A stretch of 64,000 bases of DNA from Lama glama. Lineage: Eukaryota. The notes beneath the pieces were generated by a model. The model did not search any database, was not told where the DNA came from, and saw nothing but the letters and a program-made list of their open reading frames with translations. Of the stretch, positions 12,659 to 25,276 are shown one piece after another. The stretch lies in contig CM052817.1 in the NCBI GenBank assembly GCA_028534125.1, forward strand, positions 8,434,001 through 8,498,000, given 5' to 3'. A program made the translations under genes and the position numbers. Each line of letters begins with the position of its first letter. Position 1 is the stretch's first letter.

Positions 12659-12934
12659 GTGGGGGGGCGATGATTATTTTCATATTCAGTAACTGTTTGT
12701 GTTGTCAGAAATCCAGAGAGAATGTGGGCAGAATTCCATTTCTGTCTCTTAGAGCCACAGGTCATAAAGCCTGTTATTAGAATGTGGAGCTTATCTTGGA
12801 GCAGTGACCTTTCAACTGGTGTGTCGTTTTACCTTGGAAAAGAGGACCTGACCAGAAGGAAGTGGGGTCAAGAAACATTCATCCTTGAGCTCTTCTGGCA
12901 AACGCTGGGCTTTGATATACCTTCTTTTATTTAG

Positions 12935-13345
12935 AAATGAAAAAAGCTAACAAAACGTGAAGAATGTGCACCCCAACAATAACAACAGCCACAGCACAGG
13001 AACTGGAACAATGATTATCAAAGATGATCATGAAAACTCAAAGGAAGAACAAACCCTTGACAGAGATCTGCTGCAGGAAATGGATTTTCTTTTTTTAGGA
13101 GATTATTTGGCATCGTTCGATGAGATGCAAGAAATGTTAGCCTCTTAAAAATAGGACAAAGGTCATAAAGAAAAGACAATAAAATGGCATGGAAAAGGAG
13201 CTGGATGATATGAGGAAGAATTTCTAGGAAACCTAAAAGTTCCACTGTGGAACTACACTGAGCATTAAGGAGCAGTTAAGAACATAACTGGGATTACAGA
13301 AAATTAAATTGTTGTGAGAGACAGTTTTAGAACTTCTGGGGTATT
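12935..13345 (+). mobile_element. Ancient L1M/HAL1 ORF1 remnant
   Basis: A-rich, stop-interrupted coiled-coil-like translation (...AVKNITGITEN*IVVRDSF) resembling degenerate L1/HAL1 ORF1. Confidence 0.5.
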
Positions 13346-13411
13346 GAATGCCAAAGGTCTTTTAGGAGAATTGTATCTGTACATTTTTAAGAGGAAAAAG
13401 ATACTGTGCAC

Positions 13412-13900
13412 TGTAAAGGGGCTCTGCAGAGAAACAGAACCAATAGGAGATATATATATATATATGACATATAATTTAATACATGATTTATTGTAAGAGT
13501 TGTCTCACATGGTTATGGATGCTGAGAAGTCCCACAATCTGCTGTCTGTGAGCTGGAGACCCAGGGACGCCTGTGGTGTAGTTCTGAAAACTAGATGTCT
13601 AATAGTTTATGTCTCAATCAAGGACAAAACAAGACCCACATCCCAGTTCGGAGAGTCAAACAGAGAAAGCAAATTGCTAACTCCCCCCTCTTCTCTCTCT
13701 CTCTCTCTTTTTTTTTCTATGCAGGCTCTCAACAGATTGAATGATGCCCGCCCACACTGAGGAGGACAGGGGGTTTTATTCAGTTTACTCGTTCAAACAC
13801 AATCTCATGTGGAAACACTATCACAGATAAACCCTGAGATAATGTTTAATCTGGGCACCCCATGACCCAGTCAAGTTGATGCATAGCATTAACCACCACA
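13412..13900 (-). mobile_element. MLT2 LTR (3' LTR of an ERV-L provirus)
   Basis: gagaaacagaaccaataggagatata...gctgagaagtcccacaatctgctgtctg...cagtcaagttgatgcatagcattaaccaccaca. Confidence 0.9.
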
Positions 13901-15150
13901 GATTCATCCTTTGTCATCCTGGCACCCATATGCATCTCCTTAAACCATACTTAATTTCCTAATAAAGACAGTAAGAAGGTCATAATTCTGCCTAGCACAA
14001 AACAACTATCCTGGCTACAACCAAAAATGCACTAATTTCTTCTCCAGAAAAAGAAGTAAAGTCCTTGAGTGATGTTTGCTCTTCTCCTCGACATCCTGGA
14101 GCTTAAGTACCATGATGTAAAATTAGCAAGACTTAACTTCTATGATACAGAGTCATACACCTTATGTTGCATGATATCAGAATAAGAGAAAAAAAAAAAG
14201 AAAAAGCAAACAATGAAAACTGTATATTTTGTTTAAATACGAAAGAAAATAAATTTATATGTAAATATAAAGCAGGTAGCTTATTTATAGGCTACATATA
14301 CATAAAAACACGTACATAACAAAATAAGGAGGAAATACTTACGACAGTTACAGTCCTAGTTTCTGTAGATTGTCATGTAGTCACAGCATTTATAATTATC
14401 TTCTTCCACTACCCATTCTTTGTTCTCTTTGCCCTCGGCAAGCACCTCAGCCAGTCATGGTCTTTGCCTGGTGGGGTGATCCAACCTGTCACTCCACAAG
14501 AGTCTGTGCCATCATTAGTTCTGCCTGATTTGAGTTGTTGTAGTTTGTCATTGACCTTTATCATAGGTCATGGTAATACTAAGAGACACCCTAAGAGAGT
14601 TCCTGTATTCCAGACGTATTCTTCCTTACCTCCATCGTGGAGCAGTAATTTAATTTCCTCGTGGTAGTCAGGATCAATCACCCCGGCCAGCACAGTAACT
14701 CTCTTTCACTGTTGGCCTGTTGATTCAGAGTCATGAGGAGCCCAAAGCAGCTGAGTGGCAATCTTAATTTCCATTTCCATGGAATCAGCTTTGTGTCTCC
14801 TAGTAGAAGCATTCCTCCCCCTGCAACTAAGATGTTTAGGCCAGCAGGGCTAAGGTTGCATGAATAGGAAGCAAAAATTTTGCTAGTAAGTCACTAAGAG
14901 TAATAATGAGTGGGCCACTCCCATTTCCACCCCTTGATTCCTGGATCCCCGAACCTTGCGTATGGGAGAAACAGCACCACATACTGGGCACTAAGTCAGA
15001 CCGTGTACGCGCTCCTGCTGAACCTCGCCCAAGCCCTGCAAAGAGTTGCACCTAGCTGGCATTGCGGGTCTTCAAAGGCCATTCCACTGGTCTATGAAGT
15101 CAGCTGCTTCATGACGGTCTGGACCACGGTAAGACCAGTGAATTCGAGAA
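13901..15150 (-). mobile_element. ERV-L internal remnant (integrase C-terminal part, dUTPase, 3' UTR), degraded
   Basis: Minus-strand translation gives IHWSY...EAADFIDQWNG (integrase), PLIITLSDLLAKFLLP, GDTKLIPWKWKLRLP and VTVLAGVIDPDY (dUTPase motif), with frameshifts; abuts the MLT2 LTR. Confidence 0.9.
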
Positions 15151-15544
15151 TAAGCATAATTCTGCATCCATGTCTGATGCCCATTTTAAACAATAGTTCT
15201 TAGTTTTCTGTTCAAGCACTCGGTAATTATTGCTTAAACACTGAAATTTTTAAAACACCTCTGAGAGGATTAATAAAAAACAACAAAAAATCCATTTCAT
15301 CTCTACAAAAATGGAGCTGTGGAGAGTGACATATGGCCATTTTCAATAGCACAGAAACTGAATAGTGATTTTCTGCATCTTTAAAATTTATATTAAGAGC
15401 CTGAGTTTTTGGAAAGAACCATACCACCCACTGGCAGATATTATCTGTCATTAAGCCTCTCTTTATTTTACCTTTCATATAGAAACTATGGGCATGTCTG
15501 AGTTCTTTATGCTTAAAAGCAATACATATGCCATTATTTCAAAC

Positions 15545-15705
15545 ACATTAAAATACATAGAAATGGAGAAGGGCAAAAACAAAAGTAGCAGTCTCTGGTT
15601 ATCATTAGTTATACACTTGATTATCATTATTTTTTAAAAGTTACATTGTGTAATCTATTCTTTGCACTTTTTGAAATTTCAGATTTTCTACATGAATAAA
15701 ATTTG
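15545..15705 (+). mobile_element. Old L1ME/HAL1 3' end fragment
   Basis: AT-rich tail ...tttgaaatttcagattttctacatgaataaaa. Confidence 0.4.
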
Positions 15706-15899
15706 CCCTCTTAAAGCTAAAGAAAGTAGACAGTATCAAAAATAACTATGTTTAATTTTAATATGCCTTAACATCATGATTTAAAACACGCACATCATTC
15801 AAACTAGAAGAAAGCACTCTAAATATTTGTATCTGGATAGTAAAAATCTGGTTGTGTCTTTTTTCTCTCTTCGTATGTTATAAGGGGGAGGGGGAGGTG

Positions 15900-16130
15900 C
15901 TGCGGAGTTTCTGGAGCAGCAGGAAGCCGCTGTGTCTGGAGCAGTGTGAGAGCAGGATGTGGAGAGGCAGCAAAACACCACATCACGTAGGTCCCTGAGG
16001 TTCACGTCCCAGACTTCGGTTTTATTCTGAGTAGGATGGAGGACCGCAAGAGAGGGCTGAGCAAAAGAGTGATCAGATCAGACTCACATGTTCACTGGGC
16101 CAGTCTGGCAGCTGCTTATTTAGGACTGTG
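15900..16130 (-). mobile_element. L2 fragment
   Basis: gacttcggttttattctgagtaggatggagg...gatcagactcacatgtt...ctggcagctg. Confidence 0.7.
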
Positions 16131-16724
16131 TGGTGCAATCTCTGTTGCCCATGTAGATACAGGCAGTCACTCCAATCCTCAGCTTCAGGGCAGGTCTGAT
16201 GACACTGGACTTGGGACTCCAGGTGTCCATAAACTAGATGTGCAAAACAGGTCAAGGGAGAAACGGCCTCAGGAATCCGGCCACTCACAACACCTCAAGA
16301 AGAGGTTTTTACCTACAGAGAAAGCCTGCCATTGAAAAACCCATGGGATGCACTTGTCTTTCCAGATGGCAGTCGCCGTGTTATCTTGGCCAAATTCCAT
16401 GAAGCACACCTGGATGCTGTTGACAAGAATACATCAGCTACAAGTAGGGTCTGGTGGCCTTAAATTGATCCTCTTGTGGAGAATCACTCAAAGGAGTGTC
16501 AGTCTTTCCAGGCTCCCAGCATGAATCTCCAAAAGGACCTGCTTTTCCATAGAATAAGACCTGAAAGGATTTATCAGTGCTCCATTCTGACGTTGAAGGA
16601 TCTTTGCAGGAAAAGTCTCTTAAGGGTCCCTGGATTCTTTTCAAAAATATCTTGAGATTTTTCTGGATTTATTATTATTATTTTTTGAATTGCAGCTCTT
16701 ACTAGTTATTTTAACACACTTTCA

Positions 16725-17600
16725 TTTAACCAGTCATTTAACCAAACCTTTGTTGAATGCCTCCAATGTCCCAGGCACCATGGGATGCGTAAATGATAAG
16801 GAGAATTTACTCTCTTCTACTGATGAGCTCACAGTCTACTAGGGAGCCTGGATGATGAAATAATAATAGTAGGATTATAATGCCTGCTTTTACAGCTGTG
16901 TGCCCACGATGCTACAGACGCTCAGAAAGAGAAATGTTTAACTCCATCGAGAGGAGTTAGGAGAGTATTTCCAGAGGAATTTAGAAGTATAAGGTTTTTA
17001 CTTTAGAAAGAATATAGATCATGTCATATTTATAATCAATCTGTCATATTTAAAGGTATTTTTCTTGCCTCATCTTTTGCTTTCTCCCTTTATCTCTTTC
17101 TCTCCTTCTTTCCTTCCCTGTCCTCCTTCCTTTAACAAATACTTTTGATTGTCTATATCGAAAATATGCCAAGAACTTGGGATTGAGTGCAGGGTCCTGC
17201 TCTTACAGAACTTAGAGTTGAGTGAGATAGAAGAGTACATTAAAAAGAAAAAAAAGTGCGAAAGTATTTTAGTTTGGCTGATTTTGGTATCTGTGTAAGT
17301 GAGGGTTGCCAGATAAAATGCAGAGCAACTAGTTAAATTTGAACTTCAGATAAAGAATAATTTTCTAGGATAAGTATATCCAAATATTCCATGGATCATA
17401 CATACACAAATATTCTTTTTTTTTTTTCCCTTTTTGCTAAGTCTGGTCACTCAACAGGTAAGATATATTAGGAAATGAGGTTGGCAATATAGGCAGGGAT
17501 AATAAAATTTTATAAGTCATCTTAAGGAATTTGATGTCTTGCTGCCTGTAATAGAGAGCCACTGGAGCATGCGAGGAAACAATGCATGCTTCCTACTTCC
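16725..17600 (-). mobile_element. L2 fragments interrupted by MER53
   Basis: cattcaac-type L2 3' ends (catttaaccaaacctttgttgaatgcc; tttaacaaatactttt) and L2 body near 17470-17575. Confidence 0.6.
17301..17452. mobile_element. MER53 hAT MITE, partial
   Basis: gagggttgccagataaaatgcagagcaactagttaaatttgaacttcagataaa...tttgctaagtctggtcactc. Confidence 0.8.
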
Positions 17601-19119
17601 TACGCCTTATGCAGGGAAAGATGATTGGGTCTGAAATTGGTAAAGCTAATCTGGCCACAATGAGAGGAGAGCAGAACCAGCAGCAGCAGGACCAGAGGGG
17701 CACCTGGACTCAGGCAGCAGTAGTGAGCTGGAGAGACGGCGTTGACACCATCACTTGGCAAGGGCTGAGAAGAGGTTGAATGAGGAGGGTGAGAGAAGAG
17801 GGACCTCAATACCCCTTGCTCCCCATTACTGCTTTGAATGGCCAGGACAAGATTCTTCCATTCTTCAAGCTGATGTTTCCAGGAGGAGGAGATATTGTTA
17901 AGCATACACATTGTTTTTTGTTTGTTTTGGCATGCATTTTGTTGCATTTAAGCAATTTGAGACTAGAAATCTTCCCAAACTGTCCACCTTGCACCTCTCC
18001 CTTAAACAAGAAACCTCTCATCCTAAATTGTCCCTAATCTCATTCAATTGTAATGCAAAAAAGAGACACTAAACTAATTTTTTTTTCAGAGATAAACATT
18101 TTGGTGTGCTCTGCTTATCTCCAATCTCTTTTAGTCATACTTGGGATAATTACCATTTCTAAGAATTCAGTGGACTCTTGACCCTCACACTCCAGATATT
18201 TCTATCCTCCAGTGTAAGTACCAAAATATCCAAAATTGAATTTTCAGTCAACTAATCTCATATCCCAGCTGAGGGTTTCTATTTGGCTTATCAGACTGCC
18301 AGCCCAGTGGGTTCAAATTTATGCTTGTCTATGTTAATAACCTTGAAGTTAAAATCTTCAGACATTGAGCTATTACTGTATGCTGTATATGAAGTAGGAA
18401 AGTCAGAATTTGTTAAAACCAAGTCTTATTTGATCTGCTTTAATGAATAGATAAGAAGCACTTGGAATTTAAAGAATCAAGAGAATGCAGATGGATGCAG
18501 CTAAAGCACACTTTTAACTAAGCCTTCAATTTCCTAAATATATTGATGTGTTTCTCCCAAAACTCATCTGTTAATAATTTATTTGCCAAAACAAAGATCC
18601 AAAAGAGTAGGAAAAGATATATACATGTACATATATTATGTGTAAAAATGTTACACCTCGGTGTGTGTATACATCCACCACTGCACTGAGGCTTTTACGT
18701 AGATTGCTACAACTATGTAAGGAAAAGAAACAATTATAAACAGGTAGCTAGATGATTTAAGAACTGGACAGTCTGACGAGGTGAAGGTGACTGAGATGTT
18801 TTGTGAGAGTGCTATTATTAGAACAATAATATTGGAAAAGAGTTGCGTCATGACTTTGCAGTAAGCCAGGAGAGCAGGAGGGGCAGAGCGCTGTGTAGCA
18901 GTTCAAGGGAAAATGGTACATTAGCCAAGGGATTAAGATACAGAAGGCATGATACCAATAGTATAATTTCACATCTGGGAAGGAGCGATAAACCTCATGT
19001 ATTAGCAGGGGAAATGGATGGTTTGGCAGTGGAAAAAAGCAGTGGTCTTATTTTACTTGTTGTTGGGGAAAGGAGATGGGAAAGCGAAGAAATGAACATG
19101 TATGGGGCTCATGCTGGGC

Positions 19120-19335
19120 ATCATCAACTGTGTGAAGAACGTTTATTAGCTCATACATCCAATGCACTGAAACCTCTCAACCAACCACATATTTTAAGGA
19201 CAGGTTTTATCATCTGAATGTTGCAGGTGAAAAAAAAATGAGGCTTAGAGAGATTAAAGGATTTTATCATCATCACAAGTTAAGTGACAAAAAAAGATTT
19301 GAAATTGGACCTTTGTCTCCAAAGTCCATGAAGTC
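19120..19335 (-). mobile_element. MIR SINE
   Basis: tgaggcttagagagattaaaggattttatc...agatttgaa. Confidence 0.65.
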
Positions 19336-19953
19336 CATGTTTTTTTGTTTTTTTTTTTTCCTATTCCACCAAATTGCTACCTGTGGTTTATGTTGGGATG
19401 CTACATCACCACAGGGAAATGAAGACTGCTACTTTTTTTTTTTGTTTTGATAAAACACTTTTTACCCTGGTTCCCTGAAGTCCCAAGGGAAACATTTTTC
19501 ATTCTATCATTGTTACCATCTTTGGGGCAATGGATTAGTGACTGAACCAAGGTTACCAGACAGCCAAGCCTTTGCCTGAGCTGGCCGTTTCTCTTCACCA
19601 TTGAAAGCAATCACACATCCTGAATCCGATTTTGGATTAGGGCTTCAAGTCTGTGAAGAAACAGTACTGCAGCCTCACACTAGACATTGCTAAAGTCAAT
19701 GCAAAATGTTCTGGGGTCAGGTTTATTTAAAGAAGGAAGGATGCATACCATTTCTTACAGATGAAAAATACTGTCATTGATATTAGAGATAACCTATTAT
19801 GTGTTCCAAGTTGTATTTAATGTATCACATTTATTTTTTAAGCTTAAATTAATTTCATTCACTATCTTTATTTTAAAAATTACAAACAACAACTTTAGAT
19901 ATGTCTAATACAATTTCAAGCTCATTTGCACAGTCTATACATAGGAGTCTCTA

Positions 19954-20174
19954 CAGTTTATAAATTTTTCAACCAAATCCAAACCACCACATATATTTTT
20001 AAATAAAGCTTTATTGGAACACAGCTACTCACACCTGTTCCTTTAGTATTTATTTTCTCTGGCTGTTTTTGCTGCACATGGCAGAGTTGAGTAAATGTGG
20101 CAGAGACAGTATGGCTTGCTAAGAGTAAAACATTTACTATCTGACCTTTTCCAGTAAATGTTTGCTGACACCTG
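19954..20174 (-). mobile_element. MER58A hAT-Charlie relic
   Basis: aaataaagctttattggaacacagc...ggcagagttgagta...atttactatctgacctttt...tttgctgacacctg. Confidence 0.85.
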
Positions 20175-20545
20175 ATCTGTGACAACAGGAGATACTTCAC
20201 TCTTACCTTTCTAATTAGGTCCTATACATGCCATTTCATCCTGTCTCTTTCAAGAGAAACCATAAAAATTTGTCTTACTTGAGAGTATATAAATTTGCTT
20301 GGGTGTTTCTTCACCACAAAATGCTTATTTACTTCTACAGGGAAATTATGTTTTCTAAGAAGGGAAATCTTTCTTTAAAGTTCTCACCAAAACACTGTGA
20401 TGTAGTTGTTACCTCCATTTTAGAAAAGAAACATATTCAGGCATAGAGACAACATTTATTTTTCAAAAAAATGTCTGGGTGCCTGTTATGGTGTCAGGTC
20501 CTCCTCTAGGTGATGCGGATGGAAGGAGGGGAGAGACAGAACCCC

Positions 20546-22015
20546 TAAAGTAATCCAAACAGTATGGTACTGGCATCAAAATAGATACATAGACCAATGG
20601 AACAGAACTGTGAGCCCGGAAATAAACATCTGCATATATGATCAAGGGATATTTGACAGAGAGCCAAGAATTGGGAAAGAAATTTCTTCAATAAACGGTG
20701 CTGGGAAAACAGGATAACTGCATGTAGAAGAATGAAATTGGCTCACTATCTTACACCACTCACAGAAGTTAATCTCCAAGGCATTAAAGACTTAAATGCG
20801 AGACCTAAAACAGTAAAACTCCCAGAAGAAAACATTGGGGAGAAAGCTCCTTGACATTGGTTTTGGAATGTCTTTTTGGAAATGACTCTTAAAGCACAAG
20901 GAATAGAAGAAAAATAAAAAGATCAGTGGGACTATATCAAACTAAAGAACTTTTGTACAACAACAAAAAAATTAACAAAATGAAAAGGCAACTTACAGAA
21001 TGGGAGAAAACATTTGAAAATCAAATATCTAAAAGAGTTTAATATCAAAAATATATTAAAAAAACTCATACAACGCAATAGCAAAAACCCAAACTGGGAA
21101 GAGGAACTGAAAAGACATTTTTTCCAAAGTACATGAAAAGATGCTCAATATTACTAATCATCAGGAAAATACAAATCAAAATCACAATGAGATGTCACCT
21201 CACACTTAGAATGGCTAGCACCAAAAAGACAAGAAATAACAAGTGCTGGCGAAGATGTGGAGAAAAGGGGACGCTTGCTCATTGTTGGTGGAAATGTAAA
21301 TGGTTGCAGCCACTATGGAAAACAGTATGGGGTTTCCTCAAAGAATTAAAAGCAGAACTACCATATGATCCAGCAATCCTACTTCTGGGTATATACCTAA
21401 AGGAAATGAAAACAGGAGCTTAGAGATCTCTGCATCCCCATGTTCACTGTGGCATTATTCAGAACAGCCAAGATACAGAAACAACCTAAGTGTCTGTCAA
21501 CTGATGAATGGATAAAGAAGATGTAACACAATGGAATGTTATTCGGCCATGAGAAAGAAGGATGTCCATCTGCCATTTGTGACCACATGGATGGAGTTGA
21601 GAGCATTATAAATAAGTCAGACAGCGAAAGAGAAATACTGTATGATTTCACTTATATGTGGAATCTGAAAAAGCTGAACTCATAGATACAGAGTAGAACG
21701 TTGTTTAGCAGGGACTGAGGGTTGGAAGGAATGAGGAGATGCTGGCTAAAGGGTATAAACTTCAACTTATAAGATGAACAAGTTTTTGGAATTTGAATGT
21801 GCAGCATGGTGATTATAGTTACAATACTGTGTTATATACTTGAACATTTCTAAGAGAGTAGCTCTTAAATGACCTGATGCAGATGTTAGCTAAAGGCATA
21901 GTGGTAATCATTCTGAAATATGTAAGTGTATCAATTCAACACATTGTACACCTTATGATTATGTAATGTTAATATGTCAATTATATTTCAATAAAGCTGG
22001 GGAATCAAAAAAGAG
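20546..22015 (+). mobile_element. L1 (L1MA/MB type), 5'-truncated: ORF2 3' end plus 3' UTR
   Basis: Degenerate ORF2 (KTVWYW region; ORF 21133-21423 ...[21 protein letters not shown]...[12 protein letters not shown]); 3' end tatatttcaataaagctgg followed by an A-rich tail. Confidence 0.95.
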
Positions 22016-23289
22016 AATCTGTAGCCTGGGAGAGGTCAGGCTGGATTATACGACATTTCACAAGTCATATGCTTGATAAATAGTAGTTCCAGGTTTTAAA
22101 CTCAGGTCTGAATGGTTTCAAAACTCTCTTTACATGAAACTTGTGCTTTCGAAACTGAGGGATGTGCCGCCTCACTTCAACACTCCCTACGTTGCATGAG
22201 TGTGGGGCAAGAATATACAAAAGTACAGAATTGCATGGCTTCAATTTTACTAGGCAGCACATGATTTTAAGCAAAATTTTATATTAAAATAAGCCTGGAT
22301 ATTTTAAGAAAGAAGATGCAAATTTCCTATGAATATTTAAGATAAAACAAAAGACTTCAAATAAATCAAGGCTTACAGTGCTCCAGCCCCTGGGGGTGGA
22401 CTGTTCTCTCTGGAATATTCTTACTCACAGGAAGAAGAAATGAGAAAAATAATTAAATCTTTGGGATAAAGGTACACAAAGGGAAGCCTCATAATAGCTA
22501 AGATTTAAACAGAAAGAAGAACAAGAGAAAAAAGTTTGAAGGAGAAGAGAGCCCTCAGATGCAAACTTGAAAATGACTTTCACAGAGTGTCATCGGTCAG
22601 CCTGCCACTGAGAAGCCTAATTAAGACATCTGCTAAGAGTTACCAATTGATGGTGGTCTCACTGTCACACTATTTTAATTGACATGCTGAGATTTCATTC
22701 CAGATTAACTTCATAAATGGTCCTCCTAATAGAAAGATCACTTAAATTAAAAGTGGACTGTAAATGGAGATTTGTGATGTTAGTAGGCCAGTATAACCTC
22801 TGTGTCATTTACATACATTTCCATTTTTCCCAATGCATATTTGCATATATCTAGGGATGTCACTGAGGGCTTTGCAGGGGCAACATTAGTATGATAATGA
22901 GCGTGCAACTGGCAGTGTCCAAAGAGTCATTTCTTCGGTGTATCCTCAGCACTAAATTTGGAGCTGCTTTTGAGCCTCCAATATTGATAATGTAAAACTC
23001 ATGTTCCAGAAAAACATGAGTTTGGCTTAATTACCCAGATGCTATAAATGTTTGGAAGAGTGAATTGAATTGAAGCATAGCACCTTTATAACATTTGAAG
23101 ACTTGCTCAGTATTGAAACAACTCCATACATCAGTGATGCTAAAAATCTCCAAAAATGCTGGCCTAATGTGGTGACCCATTGGTATATCTCAGTGTGGTA
23201 GCCTAATATAGCATGTATGCTGATCTGGAGGAGGCTAGGGCAGAGGCTAACTCAAGTTGGGCTCAGAATAGAGGTTTCGGGGAAAGGAC

Positions 23290-23460
23290 ACTGAAATTGC
23301 AATTCACCAACCCAGAGTCTAGCTGTGGATCTGCCATCAAAGGACCTTCATCCCTCCGAGTCCCTCAGCTCTACATTTATACGTCTGGATAAGAACACAT
23401 GCTTTATGTTGTGGTGAAGATTGACCTGATAAATGTGAAAGCACTTGTATGTGAAGTCTA
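23290..23460 (+). mobile_element. MIR fragment
   Basis: tctgccatc...cctcagctctacattt...gttgtggtgaagatt...atgtgaaagcacttgt. Confidence 0.6.
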
Positions 23461-23620
23461 AATAATTGAGGGTGAAATTCTGCCCCCTGGTAACCAGAGC
23501 AAAGAAGAAGACATTGAACAATTCAGTTTTCCTTGACTGATTCTGGGACTGTCTTTAGTGCTGGGACCATCTGTGTAGGAATGACACTTTCAGTGGGGCT
23601 TCCAATACATCCTTTTTTGA

Positions 23621-23720
23621 CTTATAGATTATTTTTTAATGAAGTTTCTTGGGATTGAACCCAAGACCTCATGCATCCTAAGCATGTGCTCTATCACTGA
23701 GCTATAAACCTCCCTCCCCC
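23621..23720 (-). mobile_element. Camelid tRNA-derived SINE (Vic-1-like)
   Basis: Reverse strand reads gggaggtttatagctcagtgatagagcacatgcttaggatgcatgaggtcttgggttcaatccc (Pol III A/B boxes) plus A-rich tail; ttttttga on both flanks. Confidence 0.85.
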
Positions 23721-23731
23721 ATTTTTTGATA

Positions 23732-24392
23732 TCCTATAATCCAGCAATCCCACTCTTGAGCATATATCCACAGGAAACTCGAATTTGAAAAGATACATGC
23801 ACCCCAATGTTCATAGCAGCACTATTTACAATAGCCAAGACATGGAAGGAACCTAAATGTCCATTGACAGATGACTGCATAAAGAAGTTGTGGTATATTT
23901 ATACAATGGAATACTACTTAGCCATAAAAAATAATAAAATAATGCCATTTGCAGCAACAAGGATGAACCTGGATATCATCATACTAAGTGAAGTAAGCCA
24001 GAAAGAGAAAGAAAAATACCATATGATATCACTTATATGTGGAATCTAAAAGAAAAAAGGATATAAATGAACTTATTTACAAAACAAATACAGACTCACA
24101 GACATAGAAAATAAACTTATGGTTACCAGAAGGGAAATGGGTTGGGAAGGGATAAATTGGGAGTTCAGGATTTGTAGATACTAACTACCATATATAAAAT
24201 AGATAAACAACAAGGTCCGACTGTATAGCACAGGGGACTATATTCAATACCTTGTAATGGTCTATAATGAAAAAGAATATAGAAAGCAATACATGTATAT
24301 GTGTGAGTATGTGTATATATATATATATGAATTGCTATACTGTACACCAGAAATTAATGCAACATTGTAAATCCACTATACTTCAATTAAAA
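23732..24392 (+). mobile_element. Lineage-specific L1 3' end
   Basis: ORF2 C-terminus MFIAALFTIAKTWKEPKCP...KYHMISLICGI plus artiodactyl-type 3' UTR (ctgtatagcacagggg, aacattgtaaatc). Confidence 0.95.
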
Positions 24393-25276
24393 GGAATGTA
24401 TTTTGGAAAACTTAGTTGAGCAGATCAAGTATAATGGTGCAAGCAAATCTGCACCTTATGTTGTCTTCCATGTGCCTGGGCACCATATTTTATAATGGCA
24501 GATTTGAAGTACTTGAGAAGCTTGGGTTGAAATGTTGCTATCTCTTTTTACAACTGCAATGAGATGGATGCTTCTTTTGTACGGTTTTAGTAATCACCAC
24601 TGCTTTATTGGAATAATAGGACCAACTCTTCCCTCAGTACTCGCCGCTATAATTGGACATTCTTCATCATTTCACTTCAGTTCTCACATCCAGCTCATCA
24701 TGACTCATATTAAAATAATCCTCACTGGTATATCTCCACCAGAACCAACTCTAAAGGAATGAGCTTTATACAACAATGCCCCTCTGATTTTTGCAGTTTA
24801 TCATTCAGCATCAAGTCAACTTGTTTTGGGTGAAAGACTGCAGATACACCTTTTGTGGTTATTTTAAACCAGAAAATAAACTGAGGGCATAGCAAAAATG
24901 CTTTATTGTGTCTCACCATCCAGAAGGCCCTCAATAGAAGCTTCATGAGTAAGCAGCAGCATCCCACAAAATCCATATCCTATAGCCTGATAGGGGCAGG
25001 CAGGATGGGACAGACAAGCTAGGGAATAATACTCAGCAGTACCTTGCTCATGGGACTATGGAAATGAGGTCCGTTCCCAGGCTTCCAAATGTTCATAGAT
25101 AGCAGGAAGGTTGCAGGGGCAGGAAGGACTGCCAGGGGGTCGACCATCAACAGATTATCAGTGGGACAACAGGAACGATTCTGTGTCTCACAAGTGGCAA
25201 TACTTCTGAGAGTTTTAGAGGGCTTAGGTAAGTTGTAATGATCTTAAGATTGTTCTAACTTATTATTATAGCAGAC

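Noticed and set aside
12957..13148. 63-aa acidic ORF that looks natural
   Set aside because: Better explained as a decayed L1M/HAL1 ORF1; GTG start and no splice support.
16367..16443. Possible exon (DGSRRVILAKFHEAHLDAVDKNTSAT) after tctttccag
   Set aside because: Weak donor, no recognisable protein and no partner exons.
21133..21423. Protein-like ORF; likewise 23807-24049, 29790-29990 and 36652-36909
   Set aside because: Fragments of the L1 ORF2 C-terminus inside truncated L1 copies, not host genes.
23640..23710. tRNA-like A/B boxes
   Set aside because: Part of a camelid SINE with an A-rich tail, not a tRNA gene.
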